64,000 nucleotides of DNA, taken from Phycisphaerae bacterium (lineage in GTDB: Bacteria > Planctomycetota > Phycisphaerae > UBA1845). The notes below the pieces were generated by a model, which was given only the letters and a program-made list of their open reading frames with translations, was not told where the DNA came from and searched no databases. Where the stretch lies: NCBI GenBank assembly GCA_963666835.2, contig CAXXGO010000006.1:2208001-2272000 (forward strand). Direction: 5' to 3'. Of this stretch, positions 51,328-61,320 are shown one piece after another (within the stretch, counting starts at the first letter, position 1; each line of letters begins with the position of its first letter). Both the position numbers and the translations under genes were made by a program.

Positions 51328-53031
51328 TGTTGCGCTGCAGGTCGGGAGTGCTGTGAAGGCGAAACCGTGTGCTGCGCGGTGGGCGACGTTTGTTGCGGCG
51401 ACGAATGTTGTGATCCGGAACGTTGTTGCGGGAACGGGGAGTGTTGCGCGGAGGAGTGTGAGGAGTGCCTGGACAACGGGTCGCTGTCGGGCGGAACGGT
51501 CAGTGTGGTGCCGCAGGTCGTGTGCATCGGGCAGACGATCATCTTTTCCGTCGACGGCGTGGTCGATAGCGGCGGTCTGAAGCGGGTTGATTGCTCCAGC
51601 ACCATCGACCTTCCGGCCGTGGAGCCGAGCTACACGTGGGTGATCACGAAGCCGGACTCGACCACGGAAAGCGGCTCGGGTGCGTCGGCCAACGTCACAA
51701 CCGACCAGGCCGGAGTCTACTCATGCACCTTCACGGCCAACGCCGACCGCGAGTGCCCGCCGGCGGATCTCGAACTCGCCCCGGCGGTCGGCACGGCGGA
51801 CGAGTTGGTGGAAGTGACCGTTGAGGCAGAGGACGGGCTCATCGATTGCATGGAAGGACGAGTCGTTACGTTCACGGCAACGGTTGAGGGTGTTGTGCCG
51901 GAGAGCCAGAAGCCTATCGAGTACACTTTCCACTTTGAGCACGCGGATGGTACGCCGTGGACCCATACAATCGTGTCGCACATGTTGCAGGTGGACTACG
52001 ATGCCATCGCGTCACAGGTGCCGGAGGGCAATCCGGATCACTTCTTCGATACACCCATCTACGTCGAAGTGCAACTCCAGGCGTGCGATCCCGTGACGTC
52101 GGATACGCTGGATATTCGAGTCTATGAGCTGTGGATCAACGACTTTCGGCACCACGCCAGTGGCCGAGACTGGCAGGTTGTTGTTGGCGAGGCGATCGAG
52201 TATGCCGCCACGGCGTCATCGGACTGCACCAGCTGGGATTGGGATATGGAAGATGGGTTCCCCGATGTGTGGAATCCGTCGGGAGGTAATGCGAAGACGG
52301 GCGCCAACATGGTAATCCCTTTTACCGATCTTCCGGGGCTGGATGGCGATGATTTCGGCGACGAGTATGGCACCGTTAACGTGTTCTGCGAGGACGGGGA
52401 GGGAAACAACCACCGAGTCTACTCCGCCGATCTCGCGCCGCCGAGACTCGCCAAGGTGTTCTCTGATCCGGCGCTGGACACGAGTGGCAGCCCGCCTAAC
52501 CAAAGTTCTCCTCCATGTTGGTTTCTCTTCTGGCAGAATGGCGCATGTCCCGACCTAGATGAGTTCGAATACAGGCACATGAATGCGTACGGAGAGTCTC
52601 AAGTCATCTTCGGCTGGTTCTGGGATACACACATCCTTAGGGTCGGCATCCCAGCGGGCGGGACGCATTATCCCAATGGCCTATTGATCAACGGCGTGCA
52701 ATATGGAGGTGCATCGGGAATCGACTGCTGCGCGGAAGTGGTCGTTCATGAGATGCACCACAACGTCCTCTCCGTCGAAATAAACGACGGAGCGACAGAT
52801 ACTGATCCGGCGAATCCGCCCGCGGCACCGCACATCGGCGTTTGGTTGCCCGATGCCAGAGAACCCGGACTGGGATGCTCGAACGCGAATAAGGACACTT
52901 TCAATCTGGCAATTCTCAAGGCTCCGGTATACATTGGATATGGCGATAATGAGTACTCTGCCGTAACCACGGCACATGGAAGCATCGGTGTTGCAGCGAA
53001 GGACTGGTCTAAAGGAGGAAAGCAATGGTAG
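51328..53031 (+). CDS. Orphan cassette 5: anchor plus HExxH metallopeptidase-like C-terminus (5'-truncated, in-frame TAG upstream at 51307)
   Basis: Anchor at 51340-51786; EVVVHEMHH at 52747-52761, DNEYSA; ends DWSKGGKQW. Confidence 0.75.
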   Translation, partial: CCAAGRECCEGETVCCAVGDVCCGDECCDPERCCGNGECCAEECEECLDNGSLSGGTVSVVPQVVCIGQTIIFSVDGVVDSGGLKRVDCSSTIDLPAVEPSYTWVITKPDSTTESGSGASANVTTDQAGVYSCTFTANADRECPPADLELAPAVGTADELVEVTVEAEDGLIDCMEGRVVTFTATVEGVVPESQKPIEYTFHFEHADGTPWTHTIVSHMLQVDYDAIASQVPEGNPDHFFDTPIYVEVQLQACDPVTSDTLDIRVYELWINDFRHHASGRDWQVVVGEAIEYAATASSDCTSWDWDMEDGFPDVWNPSGGNAKTGANMVIPFTDLPGLDGDDFGDEYGTVNVFCEDGEGNNHRVYSADLAPPRLAKVFSDPALDTSGSPPNQSSPPCWFLFWQNGACPDLDEFEYRHMNAYGESQVIFGWFWDTHILRVGIPAGGTHYPNGLLINGVQYGGASGIDCCAEVVVHEMHHNVLSVEINDGATDTDPANPPAAPHIGVWLPDAREPGLGCSNANKDTFNLAILKAPVYIGYGDNEYSAVTTAHGSIGVAAKDWSKGGKQW

Positions 53032-54014
53032 GCGTGTTCTGTCGACGTGGCGCGTTTTTATGGTATCTGGCGACTGCAGTGGCGCCCATGGGTGGGCTTG
53101 GCCGCGTTGCGGCGGACGGACCAGAGCCTGGGTGCGATCGTCTCGCTCTTGAGTTGGTTTCCCCTGATGTCAAAGCACGCGAGGCGGCACTCGCCGAGTT
53201 GAATCGCGTGAGACGTCGGTCGAAGGGTGAATTCGACTTAGAACATAAGCTCCTGCTCTTTAAGCAGATTGTGGCATTGGACTCGCCAAACTACGCGTAC
53301 AGGGCGACCTGCTTCCTCGCAAAACTACCCGTGGATGATGAGGTTCTGACGTTGGCAAAGCGGGCCGTTGCGGACGAGAAGTGTGGATTGAGTCTGCTGA
53401 TCGGCAGTCTGGCGTACGCCGAAGGACATGCGCCGGAGGAGTTCGGCAGCTTCTTCAGAAGTCGCAAGTACGAGGAACATGACAAGGCAGTTTTGGCGCT
53501 GTTTGCAGCTTCGGAGGCGGTCCAGGAAATCAGACATGCGCACTTCGGGAGCTTGGTTGATAGCTACCTGACGTGGCAGCCGGGAGACGTGGCCGACACC
53601 GAGAACCCGTTCCGGCCGGCCATCCTGCGCGCCGGTAACTCCATCGTTCCCGAATTGCATGCCGCCTTGAGCACGTGTGGGCAAAACCGGGGATCGGCTA
53701 TCAAGGTCGTGTGGATACTGGGAGAGATCGGTAGTCCTGAGAGTTTCGACCTGTTACTGACTGAGTATTTGGCGGCCCCGTCTCACAGAGTTGGCATCTC
53801 CCTCGGGGCATGCCTCGGTAGCCTTAACGTGGAGCGACTTTTTGCGGAGATAGACGATACGCGGGTGCTGAAACAGCTTCTCAGTGACGTTTATGGGCGT
53901 GATTGGGGGCGTGTCGAGAGTTTCGCGTTGCCTGCAATAAGGAACGATATGATCAAGAACCTGCAAGTGATACGGGAGAACTGCAAACGCCGGAGTGTAC
54001 CGATGTTGGGCTAG
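53025..54014 (+). CDS. Exported HEAT-like protein; candidate immunity protein 5
   Basis: Start overlaps the cassette stop (ATGGTAG), RBS AAGGAGG; signal-like N-terminus; SPDVKAREAALAEL, WILGEIGSPESF. Confidence 0.72.
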   Translation: MVGVFCRRGAFLWYLATAVAPMGGLGRVAADGPEPGCDRLALELVSPDVKAREAALAELNRVRRRSKGEFDLEHKLLLFKQIVALDSPNYAYRATCFLAKLPVDDEVLTLAKRAVADEKCGLSLLIGSLAYAEGHAPEEFGSFFRSRKYEEHDKAVLALFAASEAVQEIRHAHFGSLVDSYLTWQPGDVADTENPFRPAILRAGNSIVPELHAALSTCGQNRGSAIKVVWILGEIGSPESFDLLLTEYLAAPSHRVGISLGACLGSLNVERLFAEIDDTRVLKQLLSDVYGRDWGRVESFALPAIRNDMIKNLQVIRENCKRRSVPMLG

Positions 54015-54160
54015 AGCGAACAGTGAGCTGGAGTATCGGTTCATAGGAAGGTCGCGACTGCTGCGTGCGGCGCGATCGGTTGTGGGCGGATGGACATGGT
54101 CCGTCGCTCGTCGGACCGACGCAGTGAGCTGTCGGACGAAGGCCGAAGGAGGAAAAAGGA

Positions 54161-55267
54161 ATGCTAGTATTCAGTATGGTACGGATCGCAGCCCGGTTGC
54201 GATTGTCCATGATTGTCACGGCTATGCTCGTGGTTATCGCGAGCGCGCACGCTCAGCAAGCGAAACGGATGACCGCGATGGCGTGTGATGACGCACGCGT
54301 GGCGCAGATCAATGCATGGGACGAGAAGACGATTCTGCGCGAGTTGGCCCGAATCCTCGGCACTCAATCCGGCGCCGAGGTCGACTGCAACCGGGTCGTG
54401 CTAAGAAGGGTCCGCGATATGAGCCTCGTCGCCGCTGAGGAGCAGTTAAGGACGTTCGTTGGCGAAGTGCGTCCGCCCTCCAAGTCGCACATTCGCGGTG
54501 AGAGCGATCCGCGATGGGCGATTAAGTATGATGTGATGGCTACCTTGCTGAGCTTTGATTTGGACAGGCGCGGGCTCGACAGTATCGAGGATCGCGCTGC
54601 ATACCTGTTTGCAGCAGTGGAGAAAAAGACGACGACAAAGAGCGATGTGATTAATGCCGAAATCATTTTGCTGCGAGATTGTGCGTCGGGGTTGACGGAC
54701 GTACTACTTAGAATGATCGACAGACCGGCTGGCGACGTGCTGCGGACTGTGGCGCTTGACGTTGGGCGAAATTCGGAGGATCTACGATTCGAGGATGAGC
54801 TTCTGGTGCGAATCGACGACATCCGAACGACCGACCCGGCTATGTATCGCCGGATGCTGGGCGTGCTTGGGGCGATCGGCAGCGAGAGGTCGGTTGCGTA
54901 CTTCGCCGGTCGTTTGAATGGTATTGACGGCGAAGAGAGGAGTGATGCGGCCAGCGGTCTGCGGCTTCTCGCGGCTCACGGGCGAACCAAGCAGGTGCGG
55001 GCGGCCGCCGATGAGGCACTCGCTCAGGAGGCTCCGGCCGCATCGGTGCCTGGGCAAGATAACCGAGATGGGGAGACGCCGGGGGAAGCCGACAGTCCGA
55101 GACGCGTCACGAAGGAAGAGAAGAAACCCAAGTTTGCACGGCCCGAGGAGGTCGGGGAAGACCTGTCCGGGTTGCCTTCGTCGGAACTACTGCGCCGGCT
55201 GGTTCGATCATCCGACAGGATTGAGCGCCGGAAGGCGGCGAAAACGCTCGGTGACAGAGAGCTCGGC
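54161..55267 (+). pseudogene. Exported HEAT-like protein truncated by a REP/RAYT scar (frame reads on to 55480)
   Basis: RBS AAGGAGG; signal ...ASAHA|QQ; LGAIGSERSV, ERSDAASGL; a new HEAT unit ERRKAAKTLGDRE runs into REP sequence at 55268. Confidence 0.65.
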
Positions 55268-55672
55268 AAAACCGGGGCAAAACCGGGGACAGTCAAAACC
55301 GGGGACAGTCACCGATTCACCGGGTCCTTTCCGCATGACCGTCGTGTCTTCTCCGTTGGCGCGCGGCTTCCTAAGGCGGCCCACGGGTATCGCCACGGCA
55401 CGCGAACCACCTTCGCCCGGACCGGGTTCCGCTCGCCGTACCGCAGCCCGCGCCACAGGTGCAACTCGTCCATAAAATAGGTGACTGTCCCCGGTTTTAC
55501 CGTCCCCGGTTTTACCCAACCACCTTCGCCCGGACCGGGTTCCGCTCGCCGTACCGCAGCCCGCGCCACAGGTGCAACTCGTAGATAAAATAGGTGACTG
55601 TCCCCGGTTTTACCCCACTCGTAGATAAAATAGGTGACTGTCCCCGGTTTTACCCCGGTTTTACCGGTTTTA
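55268..55672 (-). mobile_element. RAYT transposase remnant within a GGGGACAGTCACC REP cluster
   Basis: Minus strand from 55473: MDELHLWRGLRYGERNPVRAKVVRVPWRYPW (RAYT C-terminal Y...NPVRA motif), partly duplicated at 55518-55582; flanked by AAAACCGGGGACAGTCACC and inverted GGTGACTGTCCCCGGTTTT copies. Confidence 0.8.
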
Positions 55673-56020
55673 CGGGTTGGTGGAGCCCATTTGTGTTGAC
55701 GGGGCCGTCCACCGGGCGGCGTTTGAACCGGGGGTGGTTGAAGCCCGATGGGAGAAGCCCCAGGGCAACCGCGTCTAATCTGCTGCAGTCTGCGTGGCGG
55801 ACCACTATCGCAAGTTACGTTAAGAGAGGTCAGACGTCGACGATGCGATGTACCGGGCGCCGGTGTTCCAAGGCCGGAAGCCGCGATCGAGGTTTGAATG
55901 CGATTGCCCGCGGAGGCGCCCGCGGTGCGAGCAGGGGCATGGACATGATCCTGGGGCGTGGGTTACGATGTCCATCTGCCGGAGGGTCGGCGTTCTTCTT
56001 GGATTCGGATGCGGACAACG

Positions 56021-56743
56021 ATGAGCGGTTCCGAGCGGGCAGACAATAGGGGGGGCGTCGGAGTTAGTGCAATCGTAGCGATTGTGCTGCTCATCGGGTG
56101 TGGTGCGGCCTATCGGATTGCGACCGCCCGACTCGCGGATGTCTCGGGGTGTGTTCCGCTTCCTCGCGGCACGCTCGAGGCATTACCCACGAAGATTGGT
56201 TCATGGGTCGGGGAGGATATGCCGCTGTCCGAGGTGGTTGTCGAGGCCACCGATACCGATGATCACGTCAGCCGGGTTTACACGCGCTACGGCGGCGGGG
56301 TGGCGTTGTTCGTGGCCTATGGGGTACGTTTTCGTGACTTGGCCCCGCACCGCCCGGAGGTCTGCTATCCGGGTTCCGGCTGGGTACGTCAGGGTGCGGA
56401 GGTGATAGACGTGCCGTTGGCGGATGGATCGAGCCTGGCCGGTCAGCTTCATCACTTCGCCCGTGGAGCCTTTGACTCCGAGACTATTAGCGTACTGAAC
56501 TACTACATCGTGGATGGCAGGCACCATCAGGATATCTCGCGGCTTCGCTCGTTGGCCTGGCGGTTTGAGGCAGATGCGAAGTACGTCGCTCAGGTGCAGA
56601 TAGCTTCTTCTTTCGGAGAGTTCTTTGATCGTTCTGATGAGTTAGTGAAGACGTTCGCGTTCGATGCTGCGCCCGTGATCCGTGCGCTGCTGGAGGAGAA
56701 GGTGGCGGAGGCGATGTCGGGGCGAGAGACGAAACCGGATTGA
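56021..56743 (+). CDS. epsI: Exosortase-associated EpsI-family protein
   Basis: N-terminal TM; LPTKIGSWVGED, SRVY, PHRPEVCYPGSGW. Confidence 0.85.
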   Translation: MSGSERADNRGGVGVSAIVAIVLLIGCGAAYRIATARLADVSGCVPLPRGTLEALPTKIGSWVGEDMPLSEVVVEATDTDDHVSRVYTRYGGGVALFVAYGVRFRDLAPHRPEVCYPGSGWVRQGAEVIDVPLADGSSLAGQLHHFARGAFDSETISVLNYYIVDGRHHQDISRLRSLAWRFEADAKYVAQVQIASSFGEFFDRSDELVKTFAFDAAPVIRALLEEKVAEAMSGRETKPD

Positions 56744-56814
56744 CGCTCTCCGGCACGGCATGAGGTGAGGGCACGACGTATGTATCATAGCCGTCTGCTC
56801 GTTGGAGGCGAGGC

Positions 56815-57714
56815 GTGACATCCTCAGGCAAAGCTGTTTCCGCGACGGACCCCGGGCAGGGCAAGATGTCGGCAATGTGGCTGCTGCCCACCTTGGTTGC
56901 CGGGGCTCTGTTGTGGTCGTATTGGCCGACCGCGTGTCCACTCTGGCATGAGTGGCAGACCGACAGTGATTACTCCGTCGGGCAGTTGGTTCCGCTTGCG
57001 GCTCTGTACCTCGTTTGGCAAGAGCGAAGGGCTTTGGCCAAGTGCGGGGCGACACCATGCTGGTGGGGGCTTGGAGTCATTCTTGTGGCACAGGCGGCCC
57101 GCGCCTTCGGCCTTCTGTTTCTCTACGAGTCCGCCGAGCGATACTCGCTCGTGCTGACCGTAGTCGGACTCACTCTCTTGATTGCGGGCCGGCAGGTTTT
57201 CTGGCGCGTCCGTTGGATATTGGCCTTTCTGTTCCTTATGGTGCCGTTGCCGGGGAAGATCCACAATCTCATATCGGGGCCTCTGCAATCGGTTGCGACG
57301 ACAAGCTCCGTGTTCGTCCTGGAGTTGTTCGGCGTTACGGTGACGCGCGAAGGGCATGTCATGGTGTTGAACCACGACACGCCGGTAGCTGTTGCAGAAG
57401 CGTGCAGCGGATTGCGCATGTTGACGGCGTTTGTGATCGTAGCCTCGATTCTAGCGTACGTGGTGAACCGGCCTGGATGGCAGAAGGCGACGCTGGTGCT
57501 TTCCAGTATTCCGATCGCGATTCTGTGCAACGTTGTGCGCTTGGTTGCCACTTCGGTGCTGTTCATGGTGGCGAGCAATGAAACCGCCGAGCGGTTCTTT
57601 CACGACTTCGCGGGCTGGACCATGATGCCGGTAGCCGTACTGGCTCTCGTCGCTGAGTTGTGGATCATGTCCAAATTGGTGGTGGATGCGCCGGTGGGGT
57701 CTAAAGCGCGCTGA
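56815..57714 (+). CDS. Exosortase (EpsH family)
   Basis: Multi-TM; LFLMVPLP, VAEACSGLRML (catalytic Cys), CNVVRL (Arg), FFHDFAG (His). Confidence 0.92.
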   Translation: MTSSGKAVSATDPGQGKMSAMWLLPTLVAGALLWSYWPTACPLWHEWQTDSDYSVGQLVPLAALYLVWQERRALAKCGATPCWWGLGVILVAQAARAFGLLFLYESAERYSLVLTVVGLTLLIAGRQVFWRVRWILAFLFLMVPLPGKIHNLISGPLQSVATTSSVFVLELFGVTVTREGHVMVLNHDTPVAVAEACSGLRMLTAFVIVASILAYVVNRPGWQKATLVLSSIPIAILCNVVRLVATSVLFMVASNETAERFFHDFAGWTMMPVAVLALVAELWIMSKLVVDAPVGSKAR

Positions 57715-58060
57715 TCGCGGCGGAATCAGGGGGTGGGCTTCGATCCGGAAGTGCTTGTCGTGGTCCCGGCCGTATTGAATGGGGGGGCATCGCGCGGCCG
57801 GGCCGCGACCGGCTTTCCCGGGGCGATCCACCCCGAGTGGCTACGTTGAAGCTAATCGGTGGCGTGAGGGGCATCTCGCGGTACTCTCGCCCGTGCGGGG
57901 AGCGGGCGCCGAGGGGTGGACGACCTCTGAACCGCCGGAAATCGATCGAGCGTTTGCCCGTATTAGGGGCTTGACCCGGGATTGGGCATGTGCGATACTA
58001 TTATCTTGTGTTTTTTCACTTTCTTGCGGGTACCGTGTACTTGCGCTTGGAGGGGCGAAA

Positions 58061-60262
58061 GTGAAGCGAAGACACATCCAGGCGATCCTGATGGGTCTCC
58101 GACTGGCGGTGGTTCTGGGTAGCGTTCTACTCTTTGCCAATGCGGCGAAGAGTGGCGGCGGCCCGGAGAACGCGCTGCTGATTATTGATCCGAGGAGTGC
58201 GGAAGCCGTCTACGTAGGGAACTACTACAGGAACATCCGCAACGTTCCAGACCGGAACGTTATTTACATGGATCCGTCGGCGAGCGACTACGAGAGCCAC
58301 GCCGAGGTACAACTCGACGCATTGTTCGGCATGCTGACGAACCTCGGGGTCGACGATCACATCGACTACATCATCATCCCGCCGGGTTCGTCGTTTTTTG
58401 TGAGTGCGGAGGGGCTCGTTACCGATGCCTGTTCGGCGGTGACTCGTTTCTCGATTTCCTCCGTTTACACCATGGCCTTTCTGGCGGACGAGATTCTGGA
58501 GAGCGCCCAGACCACGCCGGTTTCTACCCAGTTGCGCAACGAGTATTACACGGAGTACAACATCGCTAAAGCGTTCGATGGGAACACCATGTGGTACAAT
58601 GGTAATACCTGGCCGCCGGAGATGTCACTTGCGCGGCGTTACTTCATCGGTGCCTTGTTGGGCTATGATGGTGCGCTTGGCAACACTATCGAAGAAACCA
58701 TCGCGATGATCGATCGTAGCGTGATGGTGGACGGTTCGCGGCCGGCGGGCACGTTCTACTTCATGGAGACATCGGACGAGCTTCGAAGCGGCCCCCGCGA
58801 CGTGGAGTTCTCTGCGGCAGTGGATGCCATCGAGGACATTGGCGGGCAAGCTGAACATCTTCTTGGCGTTCTTCCGCTGGACCACCACGATTGCCTCGGC
58901 ATCATGACCGGGTGGGCGTCTCCGGAGATTGACTCTCCGGACATGACTCTCCTCTCTGGAGCGTTCTGCGATCACTTAACAAGCTACGCCGGCCAGTTTG
59001 ACATTTCGTCGCAGGCCAAGCTCTCGCGGTGGATTGCGGAAGGAGCCAGTGGTTCCTACGGGACGGTTCAGGAACCGTGCAATTACCCGGGTAAGTTCCC
59101 CGACCCGCGTATGCATGTGTTCTACGCTCAAGGGGCGTCGCTTGGCGAGGCCGTGTTGCGTAGTCTGGAGTACGTGCCTTTCCAGGGGTTGACGTACGGT
59201 GATCCGTTGACAAGGCCCTTTGCGTATTTGCCGGATGTCGAGGTCGCTGACGCTCCGTCCGGGGAGATCTCGGGCAATCTCGTTTTGACGCCCACGGCGA
59301 CTACACCGAATCCCGAGGCGGGAATAAGCGGCTTCGATCTGTATGTTGACGGGATACTCCTTGCGGCCGCCGAGGTCGATTCGAGTTTCGTTGTGGATAC
59401 TACCGAATGGCCGGACGGCACTCATGACGTGCGGATTGTGGCGTACGAGGACAGCTCCGTTGCTTCGCAGGGTCGGTGGATTGGGTCGGTTCGAACCAAC
59501 AACCACGGTCGGTCGGCGACGCTTGGCGTTGACCAGGCGGACGGTGAGTTGGGCACGTTGTTTACGATCGACGTATCGGCTTCCGGGGCCGAGGTTACCG
59601 AGATTCGTCTAATAAGCGGGGCTCGTGTATTAGCGAGTTCGCCCTACGCTGCCGGCAGTTTGAAGTTGTTGGGGAAGGACCTTGGCCCGGGGCCGGTGCG
59701 CCTGCACGCGGAGGCTGAGTTTGACGATGGGTTGCTTGCCTTGAGCGATGTCGTTGTCGTCGACGTGCAGCCCAGCGGCGAACCGCAGGCCCACTCAGAC
59801 CCGCCGGTTGCATTCAGTTACCGGAAACATGTCCCTCGGAATGTTCCGATCATTGTCGAGTTGCCGGCCAGCAACCTCGATGGAACTCCGTTGTCGTACA
59901 CGGTCGGGGAGCTACCCGCGCAGGGCGTTTTGGTTGGTAGCGGGCCTACTCGGTTATTGCGGCCGGATCCCGGTGCTGCCGGTGAAGACGCGATCACGTT
60001 TGTCGTAGAAGACGAGGATAGTACCTCAAGTGTCGCGACGATCTCAATCCGGTACGAGTATGTCCTTCTAGGCGATCTGGATCTCGACAGGGATACGGAT
60101 TTGGCTGACCTTAGTCTGTTCCAACGGTGTTTCTCCGGTTCCGATAATCCTCCGGCGTCCGCGTGCCCCGGGGAGGTCGACGCCGACATCGACGGGGATG
60201 GTGGTGATGTTGACCTGGATGACCTCGCGGCATTCATTGATAACATTACCGGACCGTGGTAA
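58061..60262 (+). CDS. TIGR03790-like exported protein with Ig/cadherin-like domains and a C-terminal dockerin-like domain
   Basis: GGGPENALLII, DHLTSYAG, GSYGTVQEP, GASLGEA, GDPLTRPF; GDLDLDRDTDLADL...DIDGDGGDVDLDDL; GTG start after GGAGGGG. Confidence 0.78.
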   Translation: MKRRHIQAILMGLRLAVVLGSVLLFANAAKSGGGPENALLIIDPRSAEAVYVGNYYRNIRNVPDRNVIYMDPSASDYESHAEVQLDALFGMLTNLGVDDHIDYIIIPPGSSFFVSAEGLVTDACSAVTRFSISSVYTMAFLADEILESAQTTPVSTQLRNEYYTEYNIAKAFDGNTMWYNGNTWPPEMSLARRYFIGALLGYDGALGNTIEETIAMIDRSVMVDGSRPAGTFYFMETSDELRSGPRDVEFSAAVDAIEDIGGQAEHLLGVLPLDHHDCLGIMTGWASPEIDSPDMTLLSGAFCDHLTSYAGQFDISSQAKLSRWIAEGASGSYGTVQEPCNYPGKFPDPRMHVFYAQGASLGEAVLRSLEYVPFQGLTYGDPLTRPFAYLPDVEVADAPSGEISGNLVLTPTATTPNPEAGISGFDLYVDGILLAAAEVDSSFVVDTTEWPDGTHDVRIVAYEDSSVASQGRWIGSVRTNNHGRSATLGVDQADGELGTLFTIDVSASGAEVTEIRLISGARVLASSPYAAGSLKLLGKDLGPGPVRLHAEAEFDDGLLALSDVVVVDVQPSGEPQAHSDPPVAFSYRKHVPRNVPIIVELPASNLDGTPLSYTVGELPAQGVLVGSGPTRLLRPDPGAAGEDAITFVVEDEDSTSSVATISIRYEYVLLGDLDLDRDTDLADLSLFQRCFSGSDNPPASACPGEVDADIDGDGGDVDLDDLAAFIDNITGPW

Positions 60263-60550
60263 CGCTGCCCGACCAGGCGTTCGTTTCGCTATGCGTGTAA
60301 GTCTAGGGGGAACTTTGCCGTTTACTGCGTTCTTTTGATGTAGCCTGGGGACGGTTGGTGCCAAAGTCGGGCGCCGGGTTCACTTGAACTGTAGCGCTGC
60401 CGGGCGGGGCGGTCGGCGGGAAAAGGCAATTACATCCTTGACAGACGGGGGTCATTCCAGTTATAGAAGGGTAGCATAGCGTATGTAGCTAAAGGCGTGG
60501 GGGTGTGCGCAGACGCAACCCGGCGGCGGACTACAAGGGATGTGAGGTTA

Positions 60551-61159
60551 ATGGTCAACACGGCACGGCTTAGTCTGGCTGTTTTGTTCGTAGCGTGGAC
60601 GGCGGGAGCGGTCCATGCAGACCTGACGCCGACCGTGCTGCCGACACCGGCGATGAGCGATTCAGTTGGCTTGCCGCAGGTTGCCGACGCTGATGGGCCC
60701 GGTGGAGGGCCTTCGGCTGATTTTGGTGCGAATCTCGGATCGCACCAGTTTGATGTCGTTGGTGCTCTGGGAGGGGTGTTCGGCACAGGAGTGTCGGATG
60801 GCCTGGTTCGGAGTGACGAATCGGTGGCACGGCGGATCGATCCTCTGCCCAGCAGCCTGAGTCTGTTCTTTTCCGCCATGCTGAGTGTCGGCGGATGGCA
60901 TTTAGCGCGTTCCGCCCGGCACGTGCGCCTGGGTACTCTCCCCGGGTGGTACCACACTGATGCACCGGCCCAGATTGGGCATACCCTTTCGTTCGATTTC
61001 AATTACGCGCCGACAGTGTTGCGTGTTTTCGAGTCCGCGACATGCGGAGTTGATCAGCAAGCTGCCTGGCGCGATCCGTGGGGTGAACGGTGTTTGCGTT
61101 GCACCTCGCAGACTTTCCTGCTTGTCGCGGAACCTCGCGGCCCTCCCAGCGTTTCCTGA
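60551..61159 (+). CDS. Exported protein with an internal PEP-CTERM-like TM segment and extended tail
   Basis: Signal ...AGAVHA|D; DPLPSSLSLFFSAMLSVGGWHLARSARH followed by about 75 aa ending EPRGPPSVS. Confidence 0.6.
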   Translation: MVNTARLSLAVLFVAWTAGAVHADLTPTVLPTPAMSDSVGLPQVADADGPGGGPSADFGANLGSHQFDVVGALGGVFGTGVSDGLVRSDESVARRIDPLPSSLSLFFSAMLSVGGWHLARSARHVRLGTLPGWYHTDAPAQIGHTLSFDFNYAPTVLRVFESATCGVDQQAAWRDPWGERCLRCTSQTFLLVAEPRGPPSVS

Positions 61160-61320
61160 GTACCCGCAGAGCGACACGATAGGGGGCGAATACCCCGGTC
61201 TTGTTGTGCGTTTTTGGTGTTTGAGGAAACGAGAGTTATCAGTTTATAGAAGGGCTTCTCCGGTCCTTCGCCTTGTTGAGGCGGTGGACGCGGTTCGGGG
61301 CGGAGAAAGGGAAAGAGGGG

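Noticed and set aside
30332..51786. Diversity-generating retroelement template/variable repeats
   Set aside because: Differences between anchor copies are not adenine-specific, and no reverse transcriptase is present.
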